64,000 bases of DNA from an uncultured bacterium (GCA_963777505.1 CAVZQN010000004.1:480001-544000); one strand, 5' to 3'; counted from the stretch's first letter, positions 9,034 through 19,633 are shown. Numbers and translations are program-made. The notes: generated by a model not told the origin, from the letters alone.

Positions 9034-10815
9034 GTGGGCGACGATCCTCAAGAATTGCCTGTTAATCAGTCGGTCGAATTAAATGGCGGAACCATCTCAC
9101 TTGAGGATTTTTTTGCGCTCGGCACCAGACTCATAGAACAAAATCTATTCGAAGAAGCTCTCTCCTTATATAAAACGGCCGCCAAAATATTTCCAAATAA
9201 TCTTGCGATTAAACTCAATCTTGGCCGGGTACAAGAGCTTCAAAACAAAAGCTCGAAAGAACGTGAAAAATCAATCCAACAAGAACTCACCCGAATCCGC
9301 GAAAGGGATGATTTGATTGCATCTCACTACCTGAGTCTTGCAACTCTTTACTATGCACGCGGACAGATGCTGAACGCTGTAGAACTGCTGGAATTATCAA
9401 AAGTTAAGAATGAAAATCTAGCCAAGACCCGATATCTATTGGGAAAAATCTTCTACGATCAAGGTGATCTGAATCGAGCAATTGAGGAACTAAATCGGGC
9501 TCGCGAATTGGATCCATTTTATGAAGATACTTATAAGCACCTAGGAATTATCTACCATGAAAAGCGACAATTCGGAGATGCGATTCAAGCTTTTGTCGAT
9601 GCGTATATCCTTTCAGGAGGGACTGACGTTCCTCGTACCTCATATTACCAACGCCAGATCCGCACACTTCAAAATGAAATCGGTGCAGAAGAGCGGAAAC
9701 AATACAATCAAATTTTTGCAGATAGAAAAGAATACTTTGTAAATCTATCCAATTCACTTTCCGTGAAAAAAAATGCCTTCGAATCTGCAGTGCTCGAACA
9801 TGTGTTTATGAAACTGCGGGAAATGGAACGCACGCATATTAGCTCTGTAAATCTGGCAGTGGGTTTAAAGAAGTTTTCAGTGATTCAGAATTTAACAGAT
9901 GATGAAGCCTATTCGATTGCAAGAATGTCCTCGGAAAGATCTTTCAAAGAAAATGAGACCATTTTCCGGGAGGATGATCTCACAGAAGGAATTTACCTGA
10001 TCCACAGCGGCTCAGTGCGGATTGTAAAGACAACACCATTCGGAGAGCAGTTGTTGTCATATTTAAATCCCGGGAGCTTTTTTGGTGAGATGGATTTTAT
10101 TGATTCATTGCGTTGTTCGGCTGATGCAATCGCAAATGAAGAAACCGTACTGTTTTCCCTATCGAAAATGAAATTGGAAGAAATGTTTTTATCGCGACGT
10201 CATGTTGCAGTTCAATTTTACAGAGAATTCTGGAAGGCTCTTTCGGATCGTATCCGAAATGCGAATGAACTCCTGAAGTCATTTTTTAATGAACCCACAG
10301 GCGAAGAGAATTCAAAGAAAGTCTCTGAGTCTTCAACAGGTGAAAGTACACGTGTTGATCATGAAAAAAAGATGACACTTCTTCAGGAAAAAGGATTGTC
10401 CTCAAAGGAGCTTCGTTTGCTGGCTACTTTCAGCAGCGAAGAATTGTATAAATCAGGACAGAAGATTTTTGCTGAAGGTGAGCAAGGCGATAAGCTTTAT
10501 ATCATTCTTGATGGCGAAGTTCGAATTAGCAAATTCATTCCAGGAGCCGGGGAAGAGGCACTTGCAATTCTGGAACGGGGAGACTTTTTTGGCGAGATGG
10601 CATTGATTGATAATGCTTCGCGGTCAGCGGATGCTATTGCTCACACGGATGTGACTGTGCTTCCCATACAAAGCAGACTGTTAACTGAGATCCTTTCGCG
10701 CGATGTGGACAGCAGTTATCAATTTCTCTATATCCTTTGCAAAATCTTATCGAGAAGGCTGCGTGAAATTAACCTGAAGATATACCAGTGGCGTATGATG
10801 GCTGGTTCTTTTTAA
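9034..10815 (+). CDS. TPR-repeat protein with two cyclic-nucleotide-binding domains
   Basis: N-terminal TPRs; IFREDD..FFGEMDFID..CSADA and IFAEGE..FFGEMALIDNASRSADA; no HTH. Confidence 0.85.
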   Translation: MGDDPQELPVNQSVELNGGTISLEDFFALGTRLIEQNLFEEALSLYKTAAKIFPNNLAIKLNLGRVQELQNKSSKEREKSIQQELTRIRERDDLIASHYLSLATLYYARGQMLNAVELLELSKVKNENLAKTRYLLGKIFYDQGDLNRAIEELNRARELDPFYEDTYKHLGIIYHEKRQFGDAIQAFVDAYILSGGTDVPRTSYYQRQIRTLQNEIGAEERKQYNQIFADRKEYFVNLSNSLSVKKNAFESAVLEHVFMKLREMERTHISSVNLAVGLKKFSVIQNLTDDEAYSIARMSSERSFKENETIFREDDLTEGIYLIHSGSVRIVKTTPFGEQLLSYLNPGSFFGEMDFIDSLRCSADAIANEETVLFSLSKMKLEEMFLSRRHVAVQFYREFWKALSDRIRNANELLKSFFNEPTGEENSKKVSESSTGESTRVDHEKKMTLLQEKGLSSKELRLLATFSSEELYKSGQKIFAEGEQGDKLYIILDGEVRISKFIPGAGEEALAILERGDFFGEMALIDNASRSADAIAHTDVTVLPIQSRLLTEILSRDVDSSYQFLYILCKILSRRLREINLKIYQWRMMAGSF

Positions 10816-10832
10816 CCGCAAGACCTTACAGA

Positions 10833-11171
10833 TTATTTGAAACTAGAAATCGCTTCTTCTGTACTTTCGTAGGTATCAAATATCGTCATCAACTGAGTTA
10901 TCGATAACAGATCTTTGATTTTCTTCGTGAGGTTTGCGAGTTTTAGTTCTCCTCCGCGGTTTTTTACAGAGGTGTAAACGCTAACCAGTTCTCCAACTCC
11001 TGCGGAATCCATATAGGAAACTTCCCCAAGATCGAGCACAAGTTTTTTCTTCTCTTCACCTAATAATTTGGTGATTTCATCTCTGAGCAATACATCCCCT
11101 TCGCCGATTGTGATTTTTCCCTTGGGCTGGATGATGGTAGTTCCACCTGATTCTAGCCGATTGATTTTCAT
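10833..11171 (-). CDS. STAS-domain anti-sigma factor antagonist
   Basis: LDLGEVSYMDSAGVGELV with phospho-acceptor Ser. Confidence 0.9.
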   Translation of the reverse strand: MKINRLESGGTTIIQPKGKITIGEGDVLLRDEITKLLGEEKKKLVLDLGEVSYMDSAGVGELVSVYTSVKNRGGELKLANLTKKIKDLLSITQLMTIFDTYESTEEAISSFK

Positions 11172-11272
11172 GATACACCCTTCCTTCAGACTGCGTTGTC
11201 GAATTGTTCATCCCGCGGCTGAAAAGCGACAACTTTTCCGCTTCTACGGGGATTGGAGAATCACTAGCTATT

Positions 11273-13447
11273 TTAGTTCAGGATTCTTTGCACTTCAAGG
11301 ACGCCATTTAAGGCCTTAATAGATGATATTACACGGTCGAGATGTTTCGTATCCAATATTTCTAACGTTAATTCGATCAGTCCATGTCTATCTGGAAACG
11401 TTTGTGCTTGAACACTCTTAATATTCGTTTTCACGTTCACAATAGCTGTTGAAATATCGGCAAGGATACCTTGTTTGTCCTCGGTCCAGATTGAAATTTT
11501 GACATGTTGAAGCGTCTCTGCTTTGCCGCTCCATTCGACCTCGATTCTGCGTTCTGGATTGAACAACAGTTTCTCAAGATTCGAACAATTCGCTGAATGT
11601 ACTGAAATCCCTTTGCCTCGCGTGATATATCCAATGATCCGTTCTCCACGAATGGGATTGCAGCATTTTGCAAGATATACAAGCAAATCATGCGATCCAT
11701 GGACTTTGACAACATCACTTCCACCAATTCCAAACGCCTTCTTGACTACTGATGTAAATTTCGATTCTTCAGGTTCAGGGGCAGTTGGTGCCGCAACGTC
11801 CGTTCCAACAGGTTGCGGGACAAGCCGTTCGATGATCTGCTTCACTGAAACTTTTCCGTAGCCAATTGAACTATAAAGATCTTCAAGTTTTGAACATCCA
11901 TACTCAGGAAGTAAGGCTTGAAGTTGATCTTCTTTTAAGATTTTTTTGACATTGATCTTGTAACGACGAAGATGTTTTTCCAACAACTTTTTTCCAACTT
12001 CAATTGACTTAACGCGCTCATTCGCATTCAGCCATTGTTTAATTTTGTTGCGCGCGCGTGATGTTCGGACAACTCCAAGCCAATCGCGACTCGGTGTGTG
12101 ATTCGCCTGCGTTAGTATTTCTACAATGTCTCCGTTCTTTAACTTGTAACGTAGAGTAACAAGTTTGCCATTGACTCTTGCTCCGATACATTGATGGCCT
12201 ACATCGGTATGAATGGTGTATGCAAAATCAAGTGGAGTTGAATTTCGTGGAAATTCCTTGATATCGCCTTTTGGAGTAAATGCGTAAACTTCGTCCTGAT
12301 AAAGCTCAACCTTTACTGCATCCATGAAATCGCGATTGTCACTGACTTCCTGGTGCCATTCCACAAGATGACGAAGCCATCTCAATGCATCTTCATCCTT
12401 GCCGCCAATCACTTTGCCTTCCTTATATTTCCAATGTGCAGCAATCCCTTCTTCAGCAAGACGATGCATTTCTTGCGTACGGATTTGCATTTCAAACGGA
12501 ATTCCTTTTTCTGAAACAACAGTTGTATGAAGTGATTGATACAAGTTGGGCTTCGGCAAGGAAATAAAATCTTTGAAACGGCCTGGAATCGGCCGCCATA
12601 CCTGATGGATGATGCCAAGAATTCCGTAACAATTCTTCAGACTGTCTGTCAAAATCCTGAATGCAATAAAGTCGTAAACTTTATCCATATCGATGTGCTG
12701 TCTGCGCATTTTTTCATAAATACTGTAAACACTTTTAGTCCTGTAATGAATTTCTGCTGGAAAACCGTTTTCACGGATTTTTTTCTTTAATGCAGCTTGA
12801 ATATCTTCAATAAAACCTTCGGAATTTTTTCTTTTTGTATCGACGCGGTTTTGTATGGCTGCATACCCTTCCGGATCGATGTACTGAAGCGACAGATCCT
12901 GAAGTTCACTTTTGATTTTCCCCATGCCAAGGCGATAGGCGATCGGCGAATAAATCTCTAAAGTTTCTTTTGCAGTCGCTATCCTCCTTTCAGGTTCCAG
13001 GTATTGAAGCGTCCGCATGTTATGCAAACGGTCTGCAAGTTTAACGAGTATGACTCGCAAATCGTCGACCATTGCAAGAATCATTTTCCGGAAACTTTCA
13101 GCTTGTTGTTCTTCTCTTGAGCGGAATTGCGCGCGGCTTAATTTCGTAACTCCATCAACAATATGAGCTATCTCTTTGCCGAAATATTTTTCAATTTCTT
13201 CAACGGTTGTCGCGCTATCTTCGACGACATCGTGAAGTAATCCGACTGCGACCGACTTCGCATCCAGTTTCATGTCACATAATATGGATGCGACCTCAAG
13301 AGGATGGATTAGATAAGGTTCGCCTGATTGGCGCAATTGATGCTTGTGATTCATTGCCGAGAAGACGTAGGCCTGGCGAATTAGGTCAGTATCAGCGCTT
13401 TTTTGATAACGCTCCGCCTTCTCGATAACGTCTTCAATTCGGATCAT
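11273..13447 (-). CDS. rel: Bifunctional (p)ppGpp synthetase/hydrolase (RelA/SpoT family)
   Basis: HD motif LLHDVVED, KLADRLHNMRT, YQSLHT, EMQIRT, TGS, CC and ACT domains. Confidence 0.96.
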   Translation of the reverse strand: MIRIEDVIEKAERYQKSADTDLIRQAYVFSAMNHKHQLRQSGEPYLIHPLEVASILCDMKLDAKSVAVGLLHDVVEDSATTVEEIEKYFGKEIAHIVDGVTKLSRAQFRSREEQQAESFRKMILAMVDDLRVILVKLADRLHNMRTLQYLEPERRIATAKETLEIYSPIAYRLGMGKIKSELQDLSLQYIDPEGYAAIQNRVDTKRKNSEGFIEDIQAALKKKIRENGFPAEIHYRTKSVYSIYEKMRRQHIDMDKVYDFIAFRILTDSLKNCYGILGIIHQVWRPIPGRFKDFISLPKPNLYQSLHTTVVSEKGIPFEMQIRTQEMHRLAEEGIAAHWKYKEGKVIGGKDEDALRWLRHLVEWHQEVSDNRDFMDAVKVELYQDEVYAFTPKGDIKEFPRNSTPLDFAYTIHTDVGHQCIGARVNGKLVTLRYKLKNGDIVEILTQANHTPSRDWLGVVRTSRARNKIKQWLNANERVKSIEVGKKLLEKHLRRYKINVKKILKEDQLQALLPEYGCSKLEDLYSSIGYGKVSVKQIIERLVPQPVGTDVAAPTAPEPEESKFTSVVKKAFGIGGSDVVKVHGSHDLLVYLAKCCNPIRGERIIGYITRGKGISVHSANCSNLEKLLFNPERRIEVEWSGKAETLQHVKISIWTEDKQGILADISTAIVNVKTNIKSVQAQTFPDRHGLIELTLEILDTKHLDRVISSIKALNGVLEVQRILN

Positions 13448-13456
13448 TTAGAACTC

Positions 13457-13575
13457 AACCGCCGAGACGCCAAGAACGTCAAGAAATCTTATAAATCAAA
13501 ATCTTGGCTGCATGGTCATGGCGCCATGGCGGCTAATCTCTTTATCCAAATTCTAAACCGCGGAGAGGCAGAGGT
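13457..13575. repeat. Nonamer-type intergenic repeats (aaccgcagagacgcagag family); related copies at 48711-48728, 53439-53455 and 60904-60921 (reverse)
   Basis: aaccgccgagacgccaagaacgtcaag, its inverted partner near 13502-13535, and aaccgcggagaggcagagg. Confidence 0.6.
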
Positions 13576-13600
13576 CAAAGAAAGATGCGTCTCTGAAGTC

Positions 13601-13639
13601 CTACTACAATTGTGGTAGAATCAATGTACTCTGTAGTAG
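13601..13639. promoter_or_regulatory. BlaI/MecI-type operator upstream of blaI-M56
   Basis: Near-perfect palindrome CTACTACAATTGTGGTAG (13601-13618) plus second half-site TGTAGTAG; resembles the TACA-NN-TGTA BlaI/MecI/CopY box. Confidence 0.75.
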
Positions 13640-13669
13640 AACTAAAGATTCAAGGAGGCCGTCTAAACA

Positions 13670-14065
13670 ATGAAAAAGAATAAAACCCGGCTAACGCGTT
13701 TTGAGTTGGAGATTATGGATCCGTTGTGGCAGCTTGGTAGAGCTTCGGTGCGGGAGATTCAAGAAAATTTGCCAGAGAAAAAGCGTCCCGCATATACTAC
13801 TATTCAGACAATCGTTCGACGCTTAGAAGAAAAAGGCGCTGTAAAACAAGTACGTAAAATCGGAAACGCGCATATATATGAAGCTGCTGTTACAAGGGAA
13901 GCTGCTCATCGGACTCTTGTTCATGATTTTTTAGATATGTTTGGCGGATCTGCAAGGCCGATCATGGCTCAATTAGCGGAAGAAGGGAAATTAAGCCTTG
14001 ATGACATTAAAGAATTAGAAAATCTTGTTTCAGCCGATGAAACAAGAGTGAGTGCAAAGGATTAA
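13670..14065 (+). CDS. BlaI/MecI/CopY family transcriptional repressor
   Basis: LTRFELEIMDPLW, AYTTIQTIVRRLEEKG, FGGS. Confidence 0.93.
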   Translation: MKKNKTRLTRFELEIMDPLWQLGRASVREIQENLPEKKRPAYTTIQTIVRRLEEKGAVKQVRKIGNAHIYEAAVTREAAHRTLVHDFLDMFGGSARPIMAQLAEEGKLSLDDIKELENLVSADETRVSAKD

Positions 14066-14082
14066 ATTTAAGGAGTGTACTC

Positions 14083-15231
14083 ATGGAACTGCTGATGATG
14101 AAGCCTGATGCAATTAGCGGATTTCTGATTAATCACCTCTGGCAATCTACAATTTTCGGTATTCTCGCACTTGCAGCGATTTTAATTTTACGCCGCGCGC
14201 CTGCACGTGTTCGTTATGTATTATGGATTGCCATCTCAATAAAATTCCTGATCCCTTCCGCGGCGTTGGTTTCCCTAGCTTCATGGCTCGGCTTGAATCT
14301 TTCTTCATTTTTTATGACGATTGCCTGGGCATCGGGTGATCCGATTTCATTCCTCACGCACCAAAATGGATTTTTTTACTTAACCGATGCACTGGTTGGA
14401 AACGAATTGCATGTTCAAGCAATTACGTTTTGGACCCTCATTGGGATCTGGTTAGCAGGGAGTGCCATTCTATTCACAGTCTGGATCCGAAGACAATTTT
14501 CTTTCTGGCAAGTCTTAAACAAGTCCACAACAATCAATGAAGGCCGTGAATCATTGATCCTTGCAGAGACAATTCAGCGGATGGGAATTCGTAGAAATGT
14601 AGGTTTAATGTCTTCAAGTGAAGTATCTGAAGTGGGTGTTTGGGGAATGTTTAAGCCTGTGATTCTTCTTCCGAAGGAAATTTCCGGACAACTCAGTGAT
14701 TCAGAACTTGAAGCAATTTTCTTGCATGAACTTATTCATGTTTCGCGCTGGGATAATCTTGTAAGCAATGTTCAGATGATCATTTGCTGTCTATTTTGGT
14801 TCCATCCGCTAGTCTGGTTAGTCGATCGTATGTTGTTGTCCGAAAGGGAACGCGTTTGTGATGATCGGGTTCTTCAGCTTGGAAGCGCATCCAGAACCTA
14901 TGCATCAAGTCTTGTAAAAGTGTTGAAGTTCGGATTAGGAGTTCGAATGGCAGGAGCTTCATGCGCAGGTGGATCAAATTTGAAACGTCGCATCGAAGAC
15001 ATTGTTGCAGGTCAAGCAAATTTGCGAGTGTCCTGGAAACAAAAACTTTTGCTGGGATCGATGCTGCTCGGGCTGTTCAGTTTTACAATTGCTGCAGTAA
15101 AAATTGATGAATGCGAAATGGATATGCTGAAAAAGAAACTCTCAGTATCCCGTGGGGCATGCCCGAATAGCGCGAAGGCTCCAGTACCTGTTCAGCCTAT
15201 TCGCAAAATTCCAGCTGAATGTTCTTCTTAA
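14083..15231 (+). CDS. M56 (BlaR1/MecR1-like) membrane metallopeptidase
   Basis: NHLWQST, HELIH, FWFHPLVW, ERERVCDD, LKRRIE. Confidence 0.92.
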   Translation: MELLMMKPDAISGFLINHLWQSTIFGILALAAILILRRAPARVRYVLWIAISIKFLIPSAALVSLASWLGLNLSSFFMTIAWASGDPISFLTHQNGFFYLTDALVGNELHVQAITFWTLIGIWLAGSAILFTVWIRRQFSFWQVLNKSTTINEGRESLILAETIQRMGIRRNVGLMSSSEVSEVGVWGMFKPVILLPKEISGQLSDSELEAIFLHELIHVSRWDNLVSNVQMIICCLFWFHPLVWLVDRMLLSERERVCDDRVLQLGSASRTYASSLVKVLKFGLGVRMAGASCAGGSNLKRRIEDIVAGQANLRVSWKQKLLLGSMLLGLFSFTIAAVKIDECEMDMLKKKLSVSRGACPNSAKAPVPVQPIRKIPAECSS

Positions 15232-16154
15232 CCAAATAGATTTTTCACTACAAACCAAACATTTGCAGGACGTTCTGCAAGACGTCTGATGTACCATGGG
15301 AACCAGTACGATCCATAGCTGATTAACACACGCACACGAAAGCCTTCCTCAGCGAGTCTTTTTTGTTCCCCGGTCTGAATTCCATATAAGAGTTGATACT
15401 CATAATCTTTGCCAGATAATCCAATTGCGACAGCTGCATTTTGAATCTGTGAGATCAGGTTGCCATCATGAGTTGCTATCCCTAGAGTCAGTTGATCGGA
15501 ACGGATATGTGCTAAAAGTGTTTTTGCGAGTTTCATATAATTCGCATCTACATCGCTTTTATTTGGAAATGCAACTGACTTTGGTTCTGCATAGGCTCCT
15601 TTTACCAACCTGATGGCAGGTGATAAAGGGATAAGTTGTTCAATATCCTGGGCTGTTCTATATAGATATGCTTGTAAACAAACACCTGTATTTGCAAAAT
15701 TCTTCCGTATGCGTTTGTAGATGTTGAGCGTTCGATCAACATACTGGCTTTGTTCCATATCGATCCAGATCCAGTTGTTTCTTTTTGCCGCTTCGTCTGC
15801 AAGTGATGCAGTATTTTCATAGCAAAGATCTTCATTTAGATCCAGGCCAAGTTGGGTTAACTTTACTGAAATGTAGCCATCGATATTGCGTTTCTGAATC
15901 GTCTCCAATGCATTTTTGTAATGTTGTGTAACGTTTTTCGCTTCAGTTGAATCAGAAATGTTTTCACCAAGTTGTGTAAGGATTGAGTTAATTCCTTTTC
16001 TTTGAAGGACCTCAGCTGCAGAAAGAGCTTCTTCCAGGGTTTCACCCGGCATAAATCTTGTCACCGCTTTTCGAATGAAACGATAACGAGGCAAAGAAGC
16101 GCGCAGTTTTCGATTTTCTGAAACCCACAGGAGGGCATTACGGGATATTCCCAT
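15228..16154 (-). CDS. Monofunctional proline dehydrogenase
   Basis: ISVKLTQLG, IDME, LQAYL, RLVKGAY, ATHD, YIRRLAERPAN. Confidence 0.93.
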   Translation of the reverse strand: MGISRNALLWVSENRKLRASLPRYRFIRKAVTRFMPGETLEEALSAAEVLQRKGINSILTQLGENISDSTEAKNVTQHYKNALETIQKRNIDGYISVKLTQLGLDLNEDLCYENTASLADEAAKRNNWIWIDMEQSQYVDRTLNIYKRIRKNFANTGVCLQAYLYRTAQDIEQLIPLSPAIRLVKGAYAEPKSVAFPNKSDVDANYMKLAKTLLAHIRSDQLTLGIATHDGNLISQIQNAAVAIGLSGKDYEYQLLYGIQTGEQKRLAEEGFRVRVLISYGSYWFPWYIRRLAERPANVWFVVKNLFG

Positions 16155-16192
16155 GCTACATTGTGCAGGAAGAAAGATAAGATGTGAAGCAT

Positions 16193-16257
16193 GTGAGAAT
16201 AGAGGATAGAGAATGAGGATTGCGACTGCTATCTTCTATCTTCTATTCTCAATTCTC
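16193..16257. repeat. Inverted heptamer arrays (GAGAATA/GAGGATA versus CTATCTT/CTATTCT); similar arrays at 2048-2115 and 45347-45398
   Basis: gagaatagaggatagagaatgaggat ... ctatcttctatcttctattctcaattctc. Confidence 0.6.
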
Positions 16258-16589
16258 AGGAATGCTCGCAATCTTTTAGATTCAGAGATGCGTTTACTTG
16301 GGTAGATTTTTTGTTTGAGGTAAGTGAGCCAGCTGTTCGCAACATCAGCAGGCTTCCAAATAGATGTGTACTGGTAGGTGCCTTTAACTTCTTTTCGAGA
16401 AACTGCCCCGATGCGTACAAGGCGATCAAGTGTCATTTTTACGGTAGCAAATACGACCTCGGATCCGTCAACCAGAAGCATGGATTGAACACGTGCCGCT
16501 GAAATCGTCCCGCCATTCCATAAACTGCGGAGTACATCAATTTCTGTATCGTTTAAAAGTTTTGGATTTTCCCTTCGTCTTCTGGGCAT
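16236..16589 (-). CDS. Second, divergent BlaI-family winged-helix regulator
   Basis: RBS AGGAGA + ATG 16589; LNDTEIDVLRSLW...FATVKMTLDRLVRIGAVSRK..YQY. Confidence 0.75.
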   Translation of the reverse strand: MPRRRRENPKLLNDTEIDVLRSLWNGGTISAARVQSMLLVDGSEVVFATVKMTLDRLVRIGAVSRKEVKGTYQYTSIWKPADVANSWLTYLKQKIYPSKRISESKRLRAFLRIENRR

Positions 16590-16818
16590 GGTCTCTCCTG
16601 ATAATGAAAGCAATTCTGCTAATATGGGATGCTTTCCTGTGACTTCCTTTCTTTATAGGAATTCCTTAAATCGCTGTATCTAAGTTATTCAGCTTTCGAT
16701 GTCGTGCAATTGATTGTCGAGGAATTTGAGAAAAAAGTACCCAATTTAGCGTGTTCTGGTTTATTCTTTGTTTCTCCAGGGCCTCGAGCGTCACAAATCG
16801 AACCCGGGAGAATTATGA

Positions 16819-18162
16819 ATGGCCAACGATAAACTTCCTGAAAAAACTCCGAAACTGACGCCCATTCAATGGGTCATTTGTGCTGTAGCTGCGCTTGGTT
16901 TTGCCTTTGATATTTATGAAATATTGATGTTGCCCTTGATCGTCAGGCCGGCTCTTCTGGAGCTTGGAAAGGTTCAGCTAGGGAGTCCTGAATTTGCATA
17001 CTGGCGCGATATGTTGTTTTATCTGCCGGCTATTTGCGGTGGGATCTTTGGTTTGCTCGGTGGCTATTTAACGGATCTTCTTGGACGTCGACGTGTTTTA
17101 GTCTGGTCAATTCTTTTATACGCTTTTTCAGCCTGTGCTGCCGGATTTACAACATCATTACCCTGGCTTGTATTTTTCCGTTGCACAACTTTCATCGGAG
17201 TCTGTGTTGAATTTGTAGCCGCAGTTGCATGGCTTGCTGAATTATTTCCGAATCCTAAACAAAGGGAATCTGTTCTCGGTTACACACAGGCATTTTCTTC
17301 AATTGGTGGCCTTCTTGTAACAGGTGCTTATTATCTTGCTGTTACTTATGGTGATTCATTTCCTGCCATTCATGGAGCGCATTCAGCATGGCGTTACACT
17401 TTAATTTCCGGACTCATTCCTGCGATTCCATTGATCATCATCCGTCCGTTCCTTCCTGAATCCACAACATGGGCCAGGAAAAAAGCGGAAGGAACTTTGA
17501 AAAGGCCAAGTTTTGCTGAGCTTTTTCAGCCGCAATATCGTAAGACAACACTTGTAACTACATTGATGTTTGCATGCAGTTACGGAGCTGCATTTGGAGC
17601 CATTCAACATCTCCCACAAATCGTTCCAGGGTTAGCAGAGGTAAAGGAACTTGCGAGACCTATACAACAGAAAATTGTTAGTTCAGTGCAGTTCTGGCAA
17701 GAGATGGGGGGATTACTCGGACGTTTCATTCTTGCATTTCTCGCAATCAGGATTCTGAGCCGCCGGCGTCTGTTGAGAATATTTCAAATTCCTGGACTGA
17801 TCATCATTCCGCTTGTGTTTTTATATCCTGCTACGAACGACTTGCAGACTTTAAAGTGGGGAGTTTTAATTGCTGGATTATTGACAGTCGCTCAGTTTAG
17901 TTTTTGGGGAAATTATTTGCCGCGAGTCTATCCTACTCATTTGCGCGGGACGGGAGAAAGTTTCGCAGCCAATATTGGCGGACGCATGATTGGAACTTCC
18001 GCCGCACTATTGACGACGCAAGTCTCACGTTTCATGCCTCCTGGAACACCTTCAGTGAAATTAGCATACGCTGCGGCATGTGTCGCTTTATTTGTTTACG
18101 CAATGGGACTACTTCTAAGTTTTTGGTTGCCTGAACCTAAACACCAGGAATTGCCTGAGTAA
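16819..18162 (+). CDS. MFS transporter
   Basis: About 12 TM; motif A GYLTDLLGRRR; YPTHLRGTG. Confidence 0.9.
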   Translation: MANDKLPEKTPKLTPIQWVICAVAALGFAFDIYEILMLPLIVRPALLELGKVQLGSPEFAYWRDMLFYLPAICGGIFGLLGGYLTDLLGRRRVLVWSILLYAFSACAAGFTTSLPWLVFFRCTTFIGVCVEFVAAVAWLAELFPNPKQRESVLGYTQAFSSIGGLLVTGAYYLAVTYGDSFPAIHGAHSAWRYTLISGLIPAIPLIIIRPFLPESTTWARKKAEGTLKRPSFAELFQPQYRKTTLVTTLMFACSYGAAFGAIQHLPQIVPGLAEVKELARPIQQKIVSSVQFWQEMGGLLGRFILAFLAIRILSRRRLLRIFQIPGLIIIPLVFLYPATNDLQTLKWGVLIAGLLTVAQFSFWGNYLPRVYPTHLRGTGESFAANIGGRMIGTSAALLTTQVSRFMPPGTPSVKLAYAAACVALFVYAMGLLLSFWLPEPKHQELPE

Positions 18163-18207
18163 TTCGAAAGTAGTGTTATTATTCCTTTATTAGTTCGGAG
18201 GTGAGCG

Positions 18208-19546
18208 GTGAGCAATGGTGGATTAAAAAGCATTTTTAACATCAAGAAAGAGGAGCTTCCGTTTTCCCTCTTGATGGCGACCTACTTCTTTCTGGTAATC
18301 TCGAGCTTCTGGATTGTAAAGCCGATCAAAAAATCTCTTTTCATATCCTATTACAAAGCTGCTGGCGGTTTTGATTTGTTTGGGTGGCATCTGCTGGGAT
18401 CCCAGGGAGAATTATTAGCCAAAGTTTTAAATATGTTCGTTGCTGCCGTTGCGGTAATTGTATTTACAATACTCGCCCGCAAATATTTTCGGCAGCAGTT
18501 AACCATAATCTTTTCCATTTTTTCCATTATTTGTTTTGTTATCTACAGGATGCTTCTTCAAAATCCGGGAGGAGGCACAGTTTGGAGCCTTTATCTCTTT
18601 GGCGATCTTTATAACACATTGATGGTTCCAACATTCTTTGCATTTTTAAACGACAGTGTTAACGGCGATCAGGCGAAGACGATTGTACGGCCTGGTTGGA
18701 TTTGGCGGAGTTTTGGGAGGTGCGGTAGGGGCGACGACTCTTGCGGCCTTTATAAATAACGTTTCAAACGAGTCATGGATGCTGATTATGGCTGGCATCG
18801 TGGTATTGATCATGATCATTGCGATACTAGCATCACGTTACATCCCGGTGAAAGGCAAACCTCCTGAAGTGGCCAAAGCTACCGCCGATGATAAGGAAAG
18901 CAATGCCGCAGTTGAAGGTGCAAGACTTGTTTTCAAATCACGTTATCTATTAGCGATTGTCGGTATTGTTGGCTTCTATGAAATGGTTTCTACGATGATG
19001 GATTTTCAGTTTTCGTCAAGCGTTGAACATTTCGTTTCTGGAGAAAATATAGGTGCTCACTTCTCACGCGTCTTTTCAATCACAAATATTGTTGCTTTAG
19101 TTGTGCAGCTCTTCTTAACCAGTTTTGTCATGACCAAGTTTGGTGTTGGCACAGCCTTGTTGGTGCTTCCTGTAACGGCAATGTTGGGATCGCTCGGTTT
19201 TATGCTCTTCCCAAGACTATGGACAGGCAGTTTTCTAAACACAGCGGACAATGGTTTCAGTTATTCCATTAATCAATCCGCCCGCGAAGCATTGTATGTT
19301 CCGACTACCAGGGAAGAAAAATATAAAGCAAAAGCCTTCATTGATATGTTTGTTCAGCGTTTCGCAAAAGCGGTTGCCGTAGGCATCAGTCTATTGTTAA
19401 CTACATTTTTTGCTGATTTCAGCACAATTCGATGGTTATCTCTTGTTGTTGCTGTAATCCTGGTAGCATGGATTTTTGCCGCAAGATATGCTGGCCGCAA
19501 GTTTGACGAAAAAACAGGCAGTCCTAAGGCTGTGGCAGCAGACTGA
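18208..19546 (+). CDS. Npt1/Npt2 (TLC, ATP/ADP translocase family) nucleotide transporter, frameshifted near 18677
   Basis: ORFs 18208-18759 and 18656-19546 join into about 445 aa; KPIKKSLF, QAK/RLYGLVGFGG, YSINQSAREALYVP..EKYKAKAFIDMFVQRFAKA. Confidence 0.82.
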
Positions 19547-19633
19547 GAAGTGATAGGGAATTCTCCTCTTGCTACAGATTTGAATTCCTCTTATGATGGA
19601 TGTGTCCCCCACATCACCGGCAAAGGAAAATAA

